From assembly GCA_009691255.1 (NCBI GenBank), contig SHUT01000001.1:865-64864 (forward strand): 64,000 nucleotides of DNA. The letters are read 5' to 3'. Both the position numbers and the translations under genes were made by a program. This DNA comes from Ilumatobacteraceae bacterium (lineage in GTDB: Bacteria > Actinomycetota > Acidimicrobiia > Acidimicrobiales > Ilumatobacteraceae). The notes under the pieces are model-generated. The model saw nothing but the letters and a program-made list of their open reading frames with translations. It had not been told where the DNA came from and did not search any database. This document shows, one piece after another, positions 1 to 9,649 of this stretch. How positions within the stretch are numbered: position 1 is the stretch's first letter; every line of letters starts with the position of its first letter.

Positions 1-8
1 CAGCTTTT

Positions 9-1754
9 TTGATGGCGATTCTGTTATCGGCCTTGATTGCACTGGCGCCACCGTTATTGTTTCGCGGAATCTTGGATCATGCAATTCCCGACCAAAATCG
101 TGGCCTGATCACAACTCTTGCCTGCGTACTGGTTTTAGCCGCGCTTATTGATGCGCTGCTCGCAATCGTGCAGCGGTGGTATAGCTCCACGATCGGAGAA
201 GGTCTGATTTATGACTTGCGGGTTGCGTTGTTTGACAAAGTACAAAGAATGCCGATTGCTTTTTTTACACGCACTCAAACGGGTGCCTTGATAAGTCGAC
301 TCAACAATGATGTAATTGGTGCTCAGACAGCGGTGACATCGACTTTGGGCAGCGTGGTGTCAAATGTTGTTGTTCTGATTACCACCTTGGGAGCAATGTT
401 GGCGCTTGAGTGGCGCTTGACATTGCTGTCTCTTGTTGTCCTTCCCTTGTTTATCCTGCCTGCAAAGCGAGTTGGACTAAAACTCGGCGTGATTGCGCGC
501 CGACAAATGGAACTCAATGCCGAGATGAATACTCAGATGAGCGAACGCTTCAATGTCTCGGGGGCAATGTTGGTCAAGTTATTCGGACGCAAAGAGCGTG
601 AAGTTGCAAACTTCAGCGCAAGAGCGGCGGGCGTTCGAGACACCGGAATACGTAGTGCTATCTATGGTCGCGTATTTTTTGTTGCGCTTGGTCTTGTTGG
701 CGCACTCGGGGCTGCAGCGATTTATGGAGTTGGCGCTCATCAGGTTGTTTCGGGCGACATCAGCGCCGGAACGCTCGTGGCGATGGCGGCTTTTGTGCAA
801 CGTATTTATCAACCACTGACTGGCCTCACGAATGCCCGTATCGAAGTAATCACTGCGTTCGTTAGTTTTGACCGAGTCTTTGAAGTACTTGATGCGCCAG
901 TGTCTATCTTTGACAAGCCAGGTGCATACGATCTCGTCGAACCTCGGGGTGAAATTGTTTTCGACAACGTCACGTTTCGGTATCCGCCCGGTGCGTCGGT
1001 GTCTATTGCGTCACTTGAAGCGGCTGGGGTTATGCAGGGCTCAGACCCCGATGTTGATGTCTTGCAAAACGTTTCGTTCACGGTGCTGGCGGGCAAGACG
1101 GTGGCGCTAGTTGGCGCAAGTGGCTCCGGAAAAACAACAACTGCCATGTTGACTGCACGTTTGTATGACGTCACGTCTGGTGCTGTGCGTGTAGATGGTC
1201 ATGATGTCCGCGACCTGACGGGGGATTCACTGCATGACGCCATCGGTGTGGTGTCACAAGATCCACATCTGTTTCATGAGTCAATTGAATCGAATCTGCG
1301 ATACGCACAGCCAAATGCGACTGATGCAGAATTAGTGATTGCGTGTCAGGCGGCGCGAATTCATGACACCATCGCGTTACTACCAGACGGATACAACACT
1401 GTCGTGGGTGAGCGCGGTTATCGCTTGTCGGGTGGAGAAAAACAACGACTGGCCATTGCTCGTTTGCTTTTGCGAAACCCAGCGGTGATGATTCTGGACG
1501 AAGCGACAAGCCATCTTGACAATGAAAACGAGGCATTAGTGCAAGAGGCACTTGAGTCTGCGTTGTTTGATAGAACTGCACTCGTGATCGCACATCGCTT
1601 ATCGACGATTCGAGATGCGGATCTGATCGTTGTACTCGATCAAGGATGTGTTGTCGAACAAGGGACGCACGCAGAATTAATTGACAAAGATGGCTTCTAT
1701 GCATCGCAGGTGCGAGCAGGTGGCAGTTTTGGCTTGGTGAGCGATGTCCTCTGA
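9..1754 (+). CDS. ABC exporter, fused permease/ATP-binding protein (MsbA/MdlB-like); probably 5'-truncated by the window edge
   Basis: 581-aa ORF. Multi-TM N-terminal half, then Walker A GASGSGKTT, signature LSGGEKQR and Walker B ILDEATS. The frame stays open back to base 3. Confidence 0.85.
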   Translation: MMAILLSALIALAPPLLFRGILDHAIPDQNRGLITTLACVLVLAALIDALLAIVQRWYSSTIGEGLIYDLRVALFDKVQRMPIAFFTRTQTGALISRLNNDVIGAQTAVTSTLGSVVSNVVVLITTLGAMLALEWRLTLLSLVVLPLFILPAKRVGLKLGVIARRQMELNAEMNTQMSERFNVSGAMLVKLFGRKEREVANFSARAAGVRDTGIRSAIYGRVFFVALGLVGALGAAAIYGVGAHQVVSGDISAGTLVAMAAFVQRIYQPLTGLTNARIEVITAFVSFDRVFEVLDAPVSIFDKPGAYDLVEPRGEIVFDNVTFRYPPGASVSIASLEAAGVMQGSDPDVDVLQNVSFTVLAGKTVALVGASGSGKTTTAMLTARLYDVTSGAVRVDGHDVRDLTGDSLHDAIGVVSQDPHLFHESIESNLRYAQPNATDAELVIACQAARIHDTIALLPDGYNTVVGERGYRLSGGEKQRLAIARLLLRNPAVMILDEATSHLDNENEALVQEALESALFDRTALVIAHRLSTIRDADLIVVLDQGCVVEQGTHAELIDKDGFYASQVRAGGSFGLVSDVL

Positions 1755-2925
1755 GATGCCTGACGGGCGTCCTGTTTTTACGGTCTCGGCGTTTGGCAAT
1801 ATCATCAAAGGTCTTGTAAGTGAAGCGTTTCTTGGCGGCGTATGGCTAGAAGGGGAAATCCAGGGTGCAAAGCCAGCTAAACCTCATATGTATTTTTCGC
1901 TTGCCGAAAAAGTTGACGATGTCGATGTAAAAATTGATATTGCAATTTTTGCGGGTGCATTACGTGGTGTGAATGCAAAATTACGTGAACAAGGACTAGA
2001 ACTCAAAAATGGCATGAAAGTTCGAGTGTTCGGAGTTCTCGATTTCTATGCGCCACGCGGAAGCTTGACATTTAAGGTCTCTGATATTGATACGCGGTTT
2101 GCATTAGGTGAACTTGCGTTGCAGCGTGAGGCGTTGTTGCGCAAGTTGATTGAAAATGGCATGACAGAGTTAAACAAGGCTCTTGAGGTTCCAATCGTGC
2201 CGCTGCGACTTGGAGTTATTAGTAGTGAGACAGCTGCAGGTTGGGCGGATGCGCGAAAACACTTAGAAGAGTCTGGATTTGGTTTCCATATCTCGTTTGT
2301 CGACTGTCGCGTACAGGGTGATCAGGCAGTGCCGATGGTGGTTCGAGCACTCGAATTACTCGGAGCACGTTCAGACATTGATGTGATTTTGCTGATGCGT
2401 GGTGGTGGAAGCAAAGGTGACTTGGCTGCTTTTGATGACGAAGCGATTGCTCTGGCGATTGCTCGCTGTCCGTTGCCTGTTTTCACCGGAATCGGTCATG
2501 AAGTTGATCGCAGTATCGCCGATGAAGTTGCACACACGGCCTGCAAGACACCAACTGCATGTGCAGACGAAATCATCGGCTATGTTGCTGAGTTTTTAGA
2601 AGCAATAAGCGATGCGGCACACGATCTGCAGCGCCAAACTCAACAGGTGCTTGAGCGTTCGCGGACGCGACTCACCGTGACGCGTGATCGCTTGCGACGA
2701 GTGCCGGTATTACAGTTAGAGCGTCACGCCCAGCGTCTTGACAACATCACCGAGAGAGTGCGACTGCTCGATCCAGCGAATACTATGGCAAAAGGCTGGA
2801 GCATTACACGAGCAGCCAACGGAGACATTGTTCGTGATGCGGCATCACTTTTGGTGGGCGAAGAAATAACTACTGCGTTTGCATCAGGTTCTGCCACTAG
2901 CACTATCAAGGAGACACACACATGA
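1744..2925 (+). CDS. xseA: exodeoxyribonuclease VII large subunit
   Basis: 393 aa with an OB-fold-like N-terminus and the motifs LLMRGGGSKGDL and GIGHEVD. Overlaps the downstream xseB start by 4 nt. Confidence 0.85.
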   Translation: MSSEMPDGRPVFTVSAFGNIIKGLVSEAFLGGVWLEGEIQGAKPAKPHMYFSLAEKVDDVDVKIDIAIFAGALRGVNAKLREQGLELKNGMKVRVFGVLDFYAPRGSLTFKVSDIDTRFALGELALQREALLRKLIENGMTELNKALEVPIVPLRLGVISSETAAGWADARKHLEESGFGFHISFVDCRVQGDQAVPMVVRALELLGARSDIDVILLMRGGGSKGDLAAFDDEAIALAIARCPLPVFTGIGHEVDRSIADEVAHTACKTPTACADEIIGYVAEFLEAISDAAHDLQRQTQQVLERSRTRLTVTRDRLRRVPVLQLERHAQRLDNITERVRLLDPANTMAKGWSITRAANGDIVRDAASLLVGEEITTAFASGSATSTIKETHT

Positions 2926-3149
2926 CACCACCATCTAAGTCCACATCTGACGAACCCAAAGGATACGCCGAAGCCCTCGCAGAACTTGAGAAAATACTTT
3001 CGGTTCTTGACGGCAACTCTGTTGATGTAGACGCCCTTGCCACACAGGTGCAACGCGCATCGTTTTTAATTACTTGGTGTCGTGGGCGCATTGACGCTGC
3101 TCAACTACAAGTGGACAAGGTTGTTGCCGGCCTCGGCGACGACGAATAG
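2922..3149 (+). CDS. xseB: exodeoxyribonuclease VII small subunit
   Basis: 75-aa helical protein, translationally coupled to xseA (ATGA overlap). Size and position are typical. Confidence 0.8.
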   Translation: MTPPSKSTSDEPKGYAEALAELEKILSVLDGNSVDVDALATQVQRASFLITWCRGRIDAAQLQVDKVVAGLGDDE

Positions 3150-3177
3150 ATTCGAACCGACTGACGATTTATACCTA

Positions 3178-4233
3178 ATGACGGCCCAACCAGCATCTCT
3201 TGGCGAAATTGCTAGGCGAGTAGAACTATTACTGACCTCTACTCTTGATCAAGAAATTGATAGATGGAGACAACTTGATCCAGAGTTGGCTACACCCATT
3301 ACCGAGATTCGTCGACTTGTTTTGGTTGGCGGCAAGAGACTGAGACCTGCATTTTGTTATTGGGGATACGTCGGTTTGGGTGGCGTTGATCAAGACAAGG
3401 TTGTCCAGATTGGTGCAGCAATTGAGTTATTGCACGCAATGGCATTGTTTCATGACGACATCATGGATGGTGCCGCAACTCGGCGCGGCGACACAACGAC
3501 GCATCTACGATTTGAAGAGCAGCATGCACGAGCCAAGTGGGCTGGTGAAGCACGTCGATTTGGTGAAGGTGCAGCGATATTGATCGGCGATATGGCTTTT
3601 GTATTGTCAGATCGATTAGTGAGTGATGTATCAACGCCTGTTCGTAATATGTGGGACGACATGCGAATGGAACTCAATGTTGGGCAGTATCTCGACATGT
3701 TGGGCTCTGCTCGACGTGAACGCAGTCGTGAAGTCGCCGACCGTATCTGTCGATACAAGAGCGGTAAATACACGATCGAGCGACCGTTGCATATTGGCGC
3801 ATTACTCGCTGATTCAGACAACGCCGACGTAGTACTTCAACAGCTTTCTGCATATGGCTTACCGCTTGGTGATGCATTTCAGATGCGCGACGATGTTTTG
3901 GGTGCTTTTGGACATGAGTCAGTGACCGGAAAATCAGTAGGCGGAGATTTACGAGAGGGTAAGCCAACTCCACTATTGGCGCGCTCTACCCAGAGAGCAA
4001 CGACAGCACAACTCGGCATCTTGCACACAGTCGGTCAAGAAGACCTGACAGATGCTGATATCGCAGCGATTCAGCAAGTAATTATTGAGACTGGTGCTCT
4101 TGAGGAACTTGAAGATCTCATCGCTTCTTTGCGCGATGAAGCAATTGCTTCGCTGGCTCATACAACATTGAGCAACGAAGCAGTCGACGAATTAATCTTG
4201 CTCGCGCACTACGTGTCAGACAGAGACGTGTGA
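3178..4233 (+). CDS. polyprenyl diphosphate synthase (GGPP/longer-chain trans-prenyltransferase)
   Basis: Two aspartate-rich motifs, FHDDIMDG and QMRDDVLG. Start moved to ATG 3178, because the ORF-track start at 3082 overlaps xseB. Confidence 0.85.
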   Translation: MTAQPASLGEIARRVELLLTSTLDQEIDRWRQLDPELATPITEIRRLVLVGGKRLRPAFCYWGYVGLGGVDQDKVVQIGAAIELLHAMALFHDDIMDGAATRRGDTTTHLRFEEQHARAKWAGEARRFGEGAAILIGDMAFVLSDRLVSDVSTPVRNMWDDMRMELNVGQYLDMLGSARRERSREVADRICRYKSGKYTIERPLHIGALLADSDNADVVLQQLSAYGLPLGDAFQMRDDVLGAFGHESVTGKSVGGDLREGKPTPLLARSTQRATTAQLGILHTVGQEDLTDADIAAIQQVIIETGALEELEDLIASLRDEAIASLAHTTLSNEAVDELILLAHYVSDRDV

Positions 4234-4246
4234 ATCACGAGATCTA

Positions 4247-4918
4247 TTATGGAGCGGCGTAGTTCTCTAGAGCTTCTTCAATACTGAGTCCGGTCACGAC
4301 GCCTGGTTCTTCGTTGATGGCATCAATCCATGGTGGACGCACAACACAACACACGGCAATTGGATCGATGCCGTTAGGGTCAGTCGCGCTTAGCCGAGCA
4401 AAAGTGCTGGCGTAGTTTGCTGGCCTTGCGTCGCGAGAAAGTTCAATTAACGCCCACGGGTCAGGGGTCTTGCCGCTGCGATCACCCGCCGTTGCAATTT
4501 CGGTGACGGCGCTGATGTGTGTTGCGCCACCAGCGAGTCCTGGTCCGTCCGTAAGGACTGCGCCGTGGACGAGTTCTGGTCTGGCACCAGCAGCCAACAG
4601 AGCAACATAGGCACCTAGACCACGCCCCAAAAGACATGCGCCTCCAAGATGACGCAATGCGATATCAACGTCTGCGAGCAATATCTCACATGAATATCCG
4701 CCACCCGCGGGAACACTTGATTGCCCGTGTCCTGTGAAGTCAAGTGCATAGATTGGTCCAGGCCAACGAGCGGCAACCTCTGGAACTGTGCTCGGAGAAT
4801 GCTCTCCCAGACCATGTAGCAATAACAATGGTGTGCCAGAACCGACACGTAATGTATGCAGTGCTAGCGAAATTTTGTTATGCGTAAGTTGTTGCATGGT
4901 GTGCGCAGTGGTGTTCAT
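4247..4918 (-). CDS. alpha/beta-hydrolase-fold protein lacking the nucleophile serine
   Basis: 223 aa with LLLLHGLGEHS, an oxyanion-region-like segment. The nucleophile elbow reads GRGLG instead of GxSxG. Confidence 0.6.
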   Translation of the reverse strand: MNTTAHTMQQLTHNKISLALHTLRVGSGTPLLLLHGLGEHSPSTVPEVAARWPGPIYALDFTGHGQSSVPAGGGYSCEILLADVDIALRHLGGACLLGRGLGAYVALLAAGARPELVHGAVLTDGPGLAGGATHISAVTEIATAGDRSGKTPDPWALIELSRDARPANYASTFARLSATDPNGIDPIAVCCVVRPPWIDAINEEPGVVTGLSIEEALENYAAP

Positions 4919-5820
4919 GACAAAAACTCCAAAATCATCGTGCTGACTTCGTTTGGTTTTTCGATGTGCACGAAGTGTCCAACATCAGCGATTGCTTCGA
5001 GTCGTCCGTTGCGCGGAATCCACGGAACTAAATCTCGTGGTCGTGTACCCCATCCCATTGGTTCGTCAACTGTGCCGATGAGTCCAAGAAATGGCATGCC
5101 AAGCGCAATCATGCGCAAGAGGGTCCACTCTGGTCGCCATGGACCAAAACCACCAAAGCGCATTGTCGGGTCGAGTTTCCATCTCCATCCGTCATCATCT
5201 TGACGCGCGCCAATAGTGACAAGGTATTCGAGCCATTCGATAGGAAGCCGTGGATTCATTTTGCCGCGGCGAACTGCAAGTTCATGCAATGTGCCTGGTT
5301 TGCGATGCGTTGCCGCCGCTTCGTGACGAAAATCTAGCCAACCTGTGATTTCACCTGCCATCATTCGTGTTTGATCATGGTCTGGTGCGTCAGGCATGCG
5401 CCTTTTTGAGGGCATGCCATCAATATTGACCAACTTGGAGATGCGATACGGAGATGCGTCAGCGAGTTGCAACATAAGTGCTCCGCCCTTGGAGTGGGCA
5501 ACGACAGGTGCAGCCTGAGTGGTGATTGAACTCATCACAGTCAATGCGTCACGGATATCAGCGTCCCATCCGTAGAGGGCGGTGTGGTCGCTATCGCCAT
5601 GTCCACGATGATCCCAACTGATGACCCGATACCCCGCGGCCGCCATAATCGGCGCAAAGACGTCGTAGGTGCCCGCAAAGTCAGATCCACCATGAACCAA
5701 AAACAATGGAGGAGCAGATTCATTGCCCCACTCATAGGTGGCGATGCCAACTCCATCGGCGTCTGTGCGATAGGAGCGAGCAGGGCGTTGAGCGCCAGGG
5801 AAAGTAAGAAGGTTTATCAT
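4915..5820 (-). CDS. alpha/beta hydrolase
   Basis: LFLVHGGSDFAGTYD and nucleophile elbow AHSKGG. Start set at MINLL (5820), because the longer ORF N-terminus mirrors the opposite-strand LysM gene. 4-nt overlap with the downstream hydrolase. Confidence 0.7.
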   Translation of the reverse strand: MINLLTFPGAQRPARSYRTDADGVGIATYEWGNESAPPLFLVHGGSDFAGTYDVFAPIMAAAGYRVISWDHRGHGDSDHTALYGWDADIRDALTVMSSITTQAAPVVAHSKGGALMLQLADASPYRISKLVNIDGMPSKRRMPDAPDHDQTRMMAGEITGWLDFRHEAAATHRKPGTLHELAVRRGKMNPRLPIEWLEYLVTIGARQDDDGWRWKLDPTMRFGGFGPWRPEWTLLRMIALGMPFLGLIGTVDEPMGWGTRPRDLVPWIPRNGRLEAIADVGHFVHIEKPNEVSTMILEFLS

Positions 5821-5869
5821 GGGCTGTATCACTCTACGCCGACCAAAATGTCTCGTAGTGTGGTTTGTG

Positions 5870-6226
5870 ATGTTCTTGCGCACGCGGCTCCATAAATATT
5901 TGCTGTGGGGCGCATTGGGTTTTGCTGTGTTGGCAATTGTTTCAAGTTTTTTTGACGGCGGCTCATCATCATCATCAACAACAACATCATCATCATCTGT
6001 ACGAACAGTCCCAGGATCAACCACGACGTATGTGCCACGCAAGTACACCGTGCTTCCAGGAGACTCGCTCTATTCCATCGCCGAAAGATTTAATCTCAGC
6101 GCTCCCGGCCTGGTGGCACTCAATCAAATAAAAAATCCTGATCGCGTGCCAGCCGGCACAGTCCTGAAGTTGCCCCCCAGTGCGGGTTTTGTCCCCATCG
6201 GTGCAACCACCACAATGCCCCCTTGA
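5870..6226 (+). CDS. membrane-anchored LysM domain protein
   Basis: TM helix (LLWGALGFAVLAIV), a Ser/Thr-rich linker and a LysM domain (YTVLPGDSLYSIAERFNLS...GTVLKLP). The start is uncertain (5819 or 5870). Confidence 0.7.
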   Translation: MFLRTRLHKYLLWGALGFAVLAIVSSFFDGGSSSSSTTTSSSSVRTVPGSTTTYVPRKYTVLPGDSLYSIAERFNLSAPGLVALNQIKNPDRVPAGTVLKLPPSAGFVPIGATTTMPP

Positions 6227-6243
6227 TAGTTACACTTCAAGAT

Positions 6244-6939
6244 ATGAGTGCAAAGTTTTGGCCCACTGCCGAGCATTGGTCTGTCGAGATACCACTTCAG
6301 ACACCTCACCCAAGGCTGGCTTGGCTCGATGCGACCGGTTGCATTTCTTTGAGTACGTGCCCCTTTGAAGTACCAACTGCGGAGTGGGAAACACTCGAAT
6401 ATTTAGACTGGAAAAGTGGTGGTGACACCAACTTTGCACCGCTCGCATCTGCTGACGGACAACTCGACTGTCGTGGTTTTTGGGACAAAGGTAAAACAGA
6501 TAAAGACGCCCTGTTCACTACTAATGCAGATAAGGCACCAACACTAAAAAAATATGTCCAAGATATTGGCGCCAACTTTGGGCGAGTCAGGATTATTAAA
6601 TTAGAGCCACAAGATCATGACACTGCAATACGCAACCTGCATCGTGACGACAACAATCGTTTTAATCCAGAGAACGAGGGTTGGGTGGTTCGAACATGGC
6701 TAGAGCTCACGGATAGTCCTGACAGTTATATGTTGCTCATGGATAACGGAACAGATGGCCTACCCGACCCTGCTACTGAACAACGCATCCCATTACATAA
6801 AGGAGCACGTTTTGTGGTGGATACACAGCGTTTGTGGCATGTGGTGGTGCACAATTCAGATACTCCGAGATATGCACTGATAACAAGTCTTGAGAGTGGT
6901 CCGGCTCTCGATAGTTTTATCGCATCTAGTCACATCTGA
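6244..6939 (+). CDS. cupin-type Fe(II)/2OG oxygenase-like protein (aspartyl/asparaginyl beta-hydroxylase family-like)
   Basis: LHRDDN (HxD) and later VVDTQRLWHVVVHNSDTPRYALI, which resembles the fDdsxxHxvxN...R signature of that family. Confidence 0.45.
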   Translation: MSAKFWPTAEHWSVEIPLQTPHPRLAWLDATGCISLSTCPFEVPTAEWETLEYLDWKSGGDTNFAPLASADGQLDCRGFWDKGKTDKDALFTTNADKAPTLKKYVQDIGANFGRVRIIKLEPQDHDTAIRNLHRDDNNRFNPENEGWVVRTWLELTDSPDSYMLLMDNGTDGLPDPATEQRIPLHKGARFVVDTQRLWHVVVHNSDTPRYALITSLESGPALDSFIASSHI

Positions 6940-6953
6940 AAAGAGAAACTACG

Positions 6954-8921
6954 CTAGTTCTGTGAGCGTCGATGTGCTGCTGCAAGTTCTGCAACCTCAC
7001 GCATGATTCGAGCGATGTCAAAATCTTTTGGTGTATAGACAGCCGCAACACCCACTTCTTTCATGCGCGCACGATCGTCTTCGGGGATAATGCCACCGAT
7101 AATAAGTGGAGCATCAACTCCTGCTTGGTGCAGTAACCGAATCACGGTTGGTACTAAAGATAAATGCGAACCAGAGAGAATCGACAAACCGATGACGTCA
7201 GGGTCTTCATCACGAGCACTCGCAGCGATTTGTTCTGGCGTCATACGAATACCGCTATAGACAACTTCCATACCAGAATCACGAGCAGCGACAGCGATTT
7301 GTTCTGCGCCATTGGAATGTCCATCTAGTCCTGGCTTGGCAACCAAGAACTTTGGTGGTCCACCAGGAATCGTTTTAACGAATGCCGCAACATCAGCCAA
7401 CTCTGTCGTGCGTCTGCCTACCGCAGCGCCCACCCCAGTCGGAGCCCTGAACTCTCCAAACACTTCACGCAACGCCTCTGACCATTCGCCGGTTGTGCCA
7501 CCAACCTGAGCGAGCGCAATAGATGGCTCCATGATGTTGTCTCCGCTCTGGGCTGCAGCCGAGAGGGCAGATAGCGCTGTTTTCACTGCCACATTGTCAC
7601 GGTTGGCACGCCACGCCACAGCATCAGCGACAATCTCTTTTTCAACTTCTGGATCAACTTTTAAGATGTTGTCAGCACCACCGAGTGGAGATTTTTCAGT
7701 CTCAGTAAATGTATTTACTCCCACAACAACCTGTTCGCCACTCTCTATCGCGCGAGTACGCTCAGCCATTGAGCTGACAAGTCGGCCCTTTAGTTCGTCA
7801 ACAGCGTTGAATGCGCCGCCGAGCGATAAAACATCTTGGAGCTCTGTCCATGCAGCTTCGCATAATTCTGAGGTGCGGGCCTCAATGACATGTGATCCGT
7901 CAAAGATGTCTTCGTGCTCAAGAAGATCTGTTTCAAAAGCCAGTACTTGCTGCATGCGTAATGACCATTGCTGATCCCAAGGTCGTGGCAAGCCGAGAGC
8001 TTCGTTCCATGCGGGTAACTGCACACTTCGAGCACGCGCATTTTTTGACAATGTCACTGCCAGCATCTCAAGAACTATTCGTTGCACGTTGTTTTCGGGT
8101 TGCGATTCAGTGAGGCCCAGTGAGTTCACCTGAACGCCGTATCGAAAACGGCGTACCTTAGGGTCTTGCACGTTGTATCGTTCGCGGGCAATGCGGTCCC
8201 AGAGTTGGGTAAAAGCACGCATTTTGCAGACTTCATCAACAAAGCGAATTCCGGCGTTGACGAAAAATGAGATTGATCCAAAGACTTGGTCAAATTGGTC
8301 AGGGCTAACTTGTCCACTTGCGCGCACAGCATCAAGAACATCGATTGCAGTCGCAAGCGAGAAGGCAATCTCTTGCACGGGTGTAGCACCGGCTTCTTGC
8401 AAGTGATACGAACACACATTCATCGGGTTCCATTTGGGTGCGTTATTGGCGCACCACGCAACCATGTCAACGATGAGACGCTTCGATGGCGCTGGTGGAA
8501 AAATGTATGTGCCGCGAGACAGGTATTCCTTGACGATGTCATTTTGCGTAGTGCCACGTAGTTGTGGGGGTGTCACGCCTTGTTCTTGTGCGTTGGCAAT
8601 GTATAGAGCAAGCAACCATGCCGCGGTCGCATTGATGGTCATAGACGTATTCATTTGGGCAGGGGGAATACCGTCTAACAATGTGCGCATGTGTCCGAGA
8701 TGCACAACCGGAACTCCGACTTTGCCGACTTCCCCGCGAGCTAGTTCGTGATCAGGGTCGTATCCAGTTTGTGTCGGAAGATCAAAAGCAATCGACAGGC
8801 CGGTCTGCCCTTTGGCCAAGTTGGTGCGGTACAACTCATTTGAGGCGCGTGCCGTGGAGTGTCCGGAGTATGTCCGAATCAACCATGGGTCGTCACGGCT
8901 GCGCTTGTCAGTGGATGCCAC
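6954..8921 (-). CDS. B12-dependent acyl-CoA mutase, fused catalytic and cobalamin-binding domains (MeaA/ethylmalonyl-CoA mutase-like)
   Basis: 655 aa. N-terminal IRTYSGHSTARASNELYRTNLAKGQTGLSIAFDLPTQTGYDPD. C-terminal B12 domain with GLDGHSNGAEQIA (DxHxxG-type). Confidence 0.8.
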   Translation of the reverse strand: MASTDKRSRDDPWLIRTYSGHSTARASNELYRTNLAKGQTGLSIAFDLPTQTGYDPDHELARGEVGKVGVPVVHLGHMRTLLDGIPPAQMNTSMTINATAAWLLALYIANAQEQGVTPPQLRGTTQNDIVKEYLSRGTYIFPPAPSKRLIVDMVAWCANNAPKWNPMNVCSYHLQEAGATPVQEIAFSLATAIDVLDAVRASGQVSPDQFDQVFGSISFFVNAGIRFVDEVCKMRAFTQLWDRIARERYNVQDPKVRRFRYGVQVNSLGLTESQPENNVQRIVLEMLAVTLSKNARARSVQLPAWNEALGLPRPWDQQWSLRMQQVLAFETDLLEHEDIFDGSHVIEARTSELCEAAWTELQDVLSLGGAFNAVDELKGRLVSSMAERTRAIESGEQVVVGVNTFTETEKSPLGGADNILKVDPEVEKEIVADAVAWRANRDNVAVKTALSALSAAAQSGDNIMEPSIALAQVGGTTGEWSEALREVFGEFRAPTGVGAAVGRRTTELADVAAFVKTIPGGPPKFLVAKPGLDGHSNGAEQIAVAARDSGMEVVYSGIRMTPEQIAASARDEDPDVIGLSILSGSHLSLVPTVIRLLHQAGVDAPLIIGGIIPEDDRARMKEVGVAAVYTPKDFDIARIMREVAELAAAHRRSQN

Positions 8922-8940
8922 ACCGTAAGTATGGCAATGC

Positions 8941-9621
8941 TCAGGTAGTTTTCTCTATCCGTGACGGGGCAAGGGCTTGTTTGAGACGTTTGAGATAGTC
9001 GTCACGAGGGAGTTCAGAGGCTCCAAGGCTTTGGAGATGTTGGGTCCACCACTGCGTATCAAGAAGAGTCATCTCGGTCATTTGCATTGCGCCGACGAGA
9101 GCCATCAGCGCCACCTTGGAAGCATCTCGCCGTCGATGAAACATTGATTCACCAGCAAATAATCCGTCAACACGAATTCCGTATAGACCACCGACGAGTT
9201 GGTCGTCTTGCCACACTTCAACGCTGTGCGCCCAGCCCAAGTCATGCAGCCGACAGTACGCCTCAATGAACTCCTCTGTGATCCAGTTGCCCTCTTTGTG
9301 AGTAGTGGAGCATGCGATCATGACATCACGAAATGCCTGATTAAAAGTGGTGCGCATCTTGCGAGCACTCTGACGCATTGAGCGAGTAATTCGTAAGTCG
9401 TTGAGTTCAAGAATTCCGCGCTGCACTGGCGAAAGCCATCCCAAGACAGATTGTTTATCATCTAGGTACATCGGAAAGATGCCGTGCATATAGGCATCAA
9501 GGATGGTCACTGGGGCAAGATCACCACCAATGCAGATGACGTCGTCAGTCGGGTCCCACTCATGGGCATCTGGAAAGTTCCAATGATTCTCACCGAGATC
9601 TTGCCTAGGTGTTAGTTGCAT
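8941..9621 (-). CDS. aat: leucyl/phenylalanyl-tRNA--protein transferase
   Basis: 226 aa with GGDLAPVTILDAYMHGIFPMY and ESMFHRRRDASKVAL, both typical of L/F-transferase. Confidence 0.75.
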   Translation of the reverse strand: MQLTPRQDLGENHWNFPDAHEWDPTDDVICIGGDLAPVTILDAYMHGIFPMYLDDKQSVLGWLSPVQRGILELNDLRITRSMRQSARKMRTTFNQAFRDVMIACSTTHKEGNWITEEFIEAYCRLHDLGWAHSVEVWQDDQLVGGLYGIRVDGLFAGESMFHRRRDASKVALMALVGAMQMTEMTLLDTQWWTQHLQSLGASELPRDDYLKRLKQALAPSRIEKTT

Positions 9622-9649
9622 ATGAGGAGTCTGGCGAGTGCGGGTCTGC

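Noticed and set aside
5821-6048. N-terminal extension of hydrolase ORF 4915..6048 with a poly-Asp run (DDDDVVVDDDDE).
   Set aside because: It is the reverse-complement reading of the Ser/Thr microsatellite in the LysM gene. The hydrolase homology only begins near MINLL (5820).
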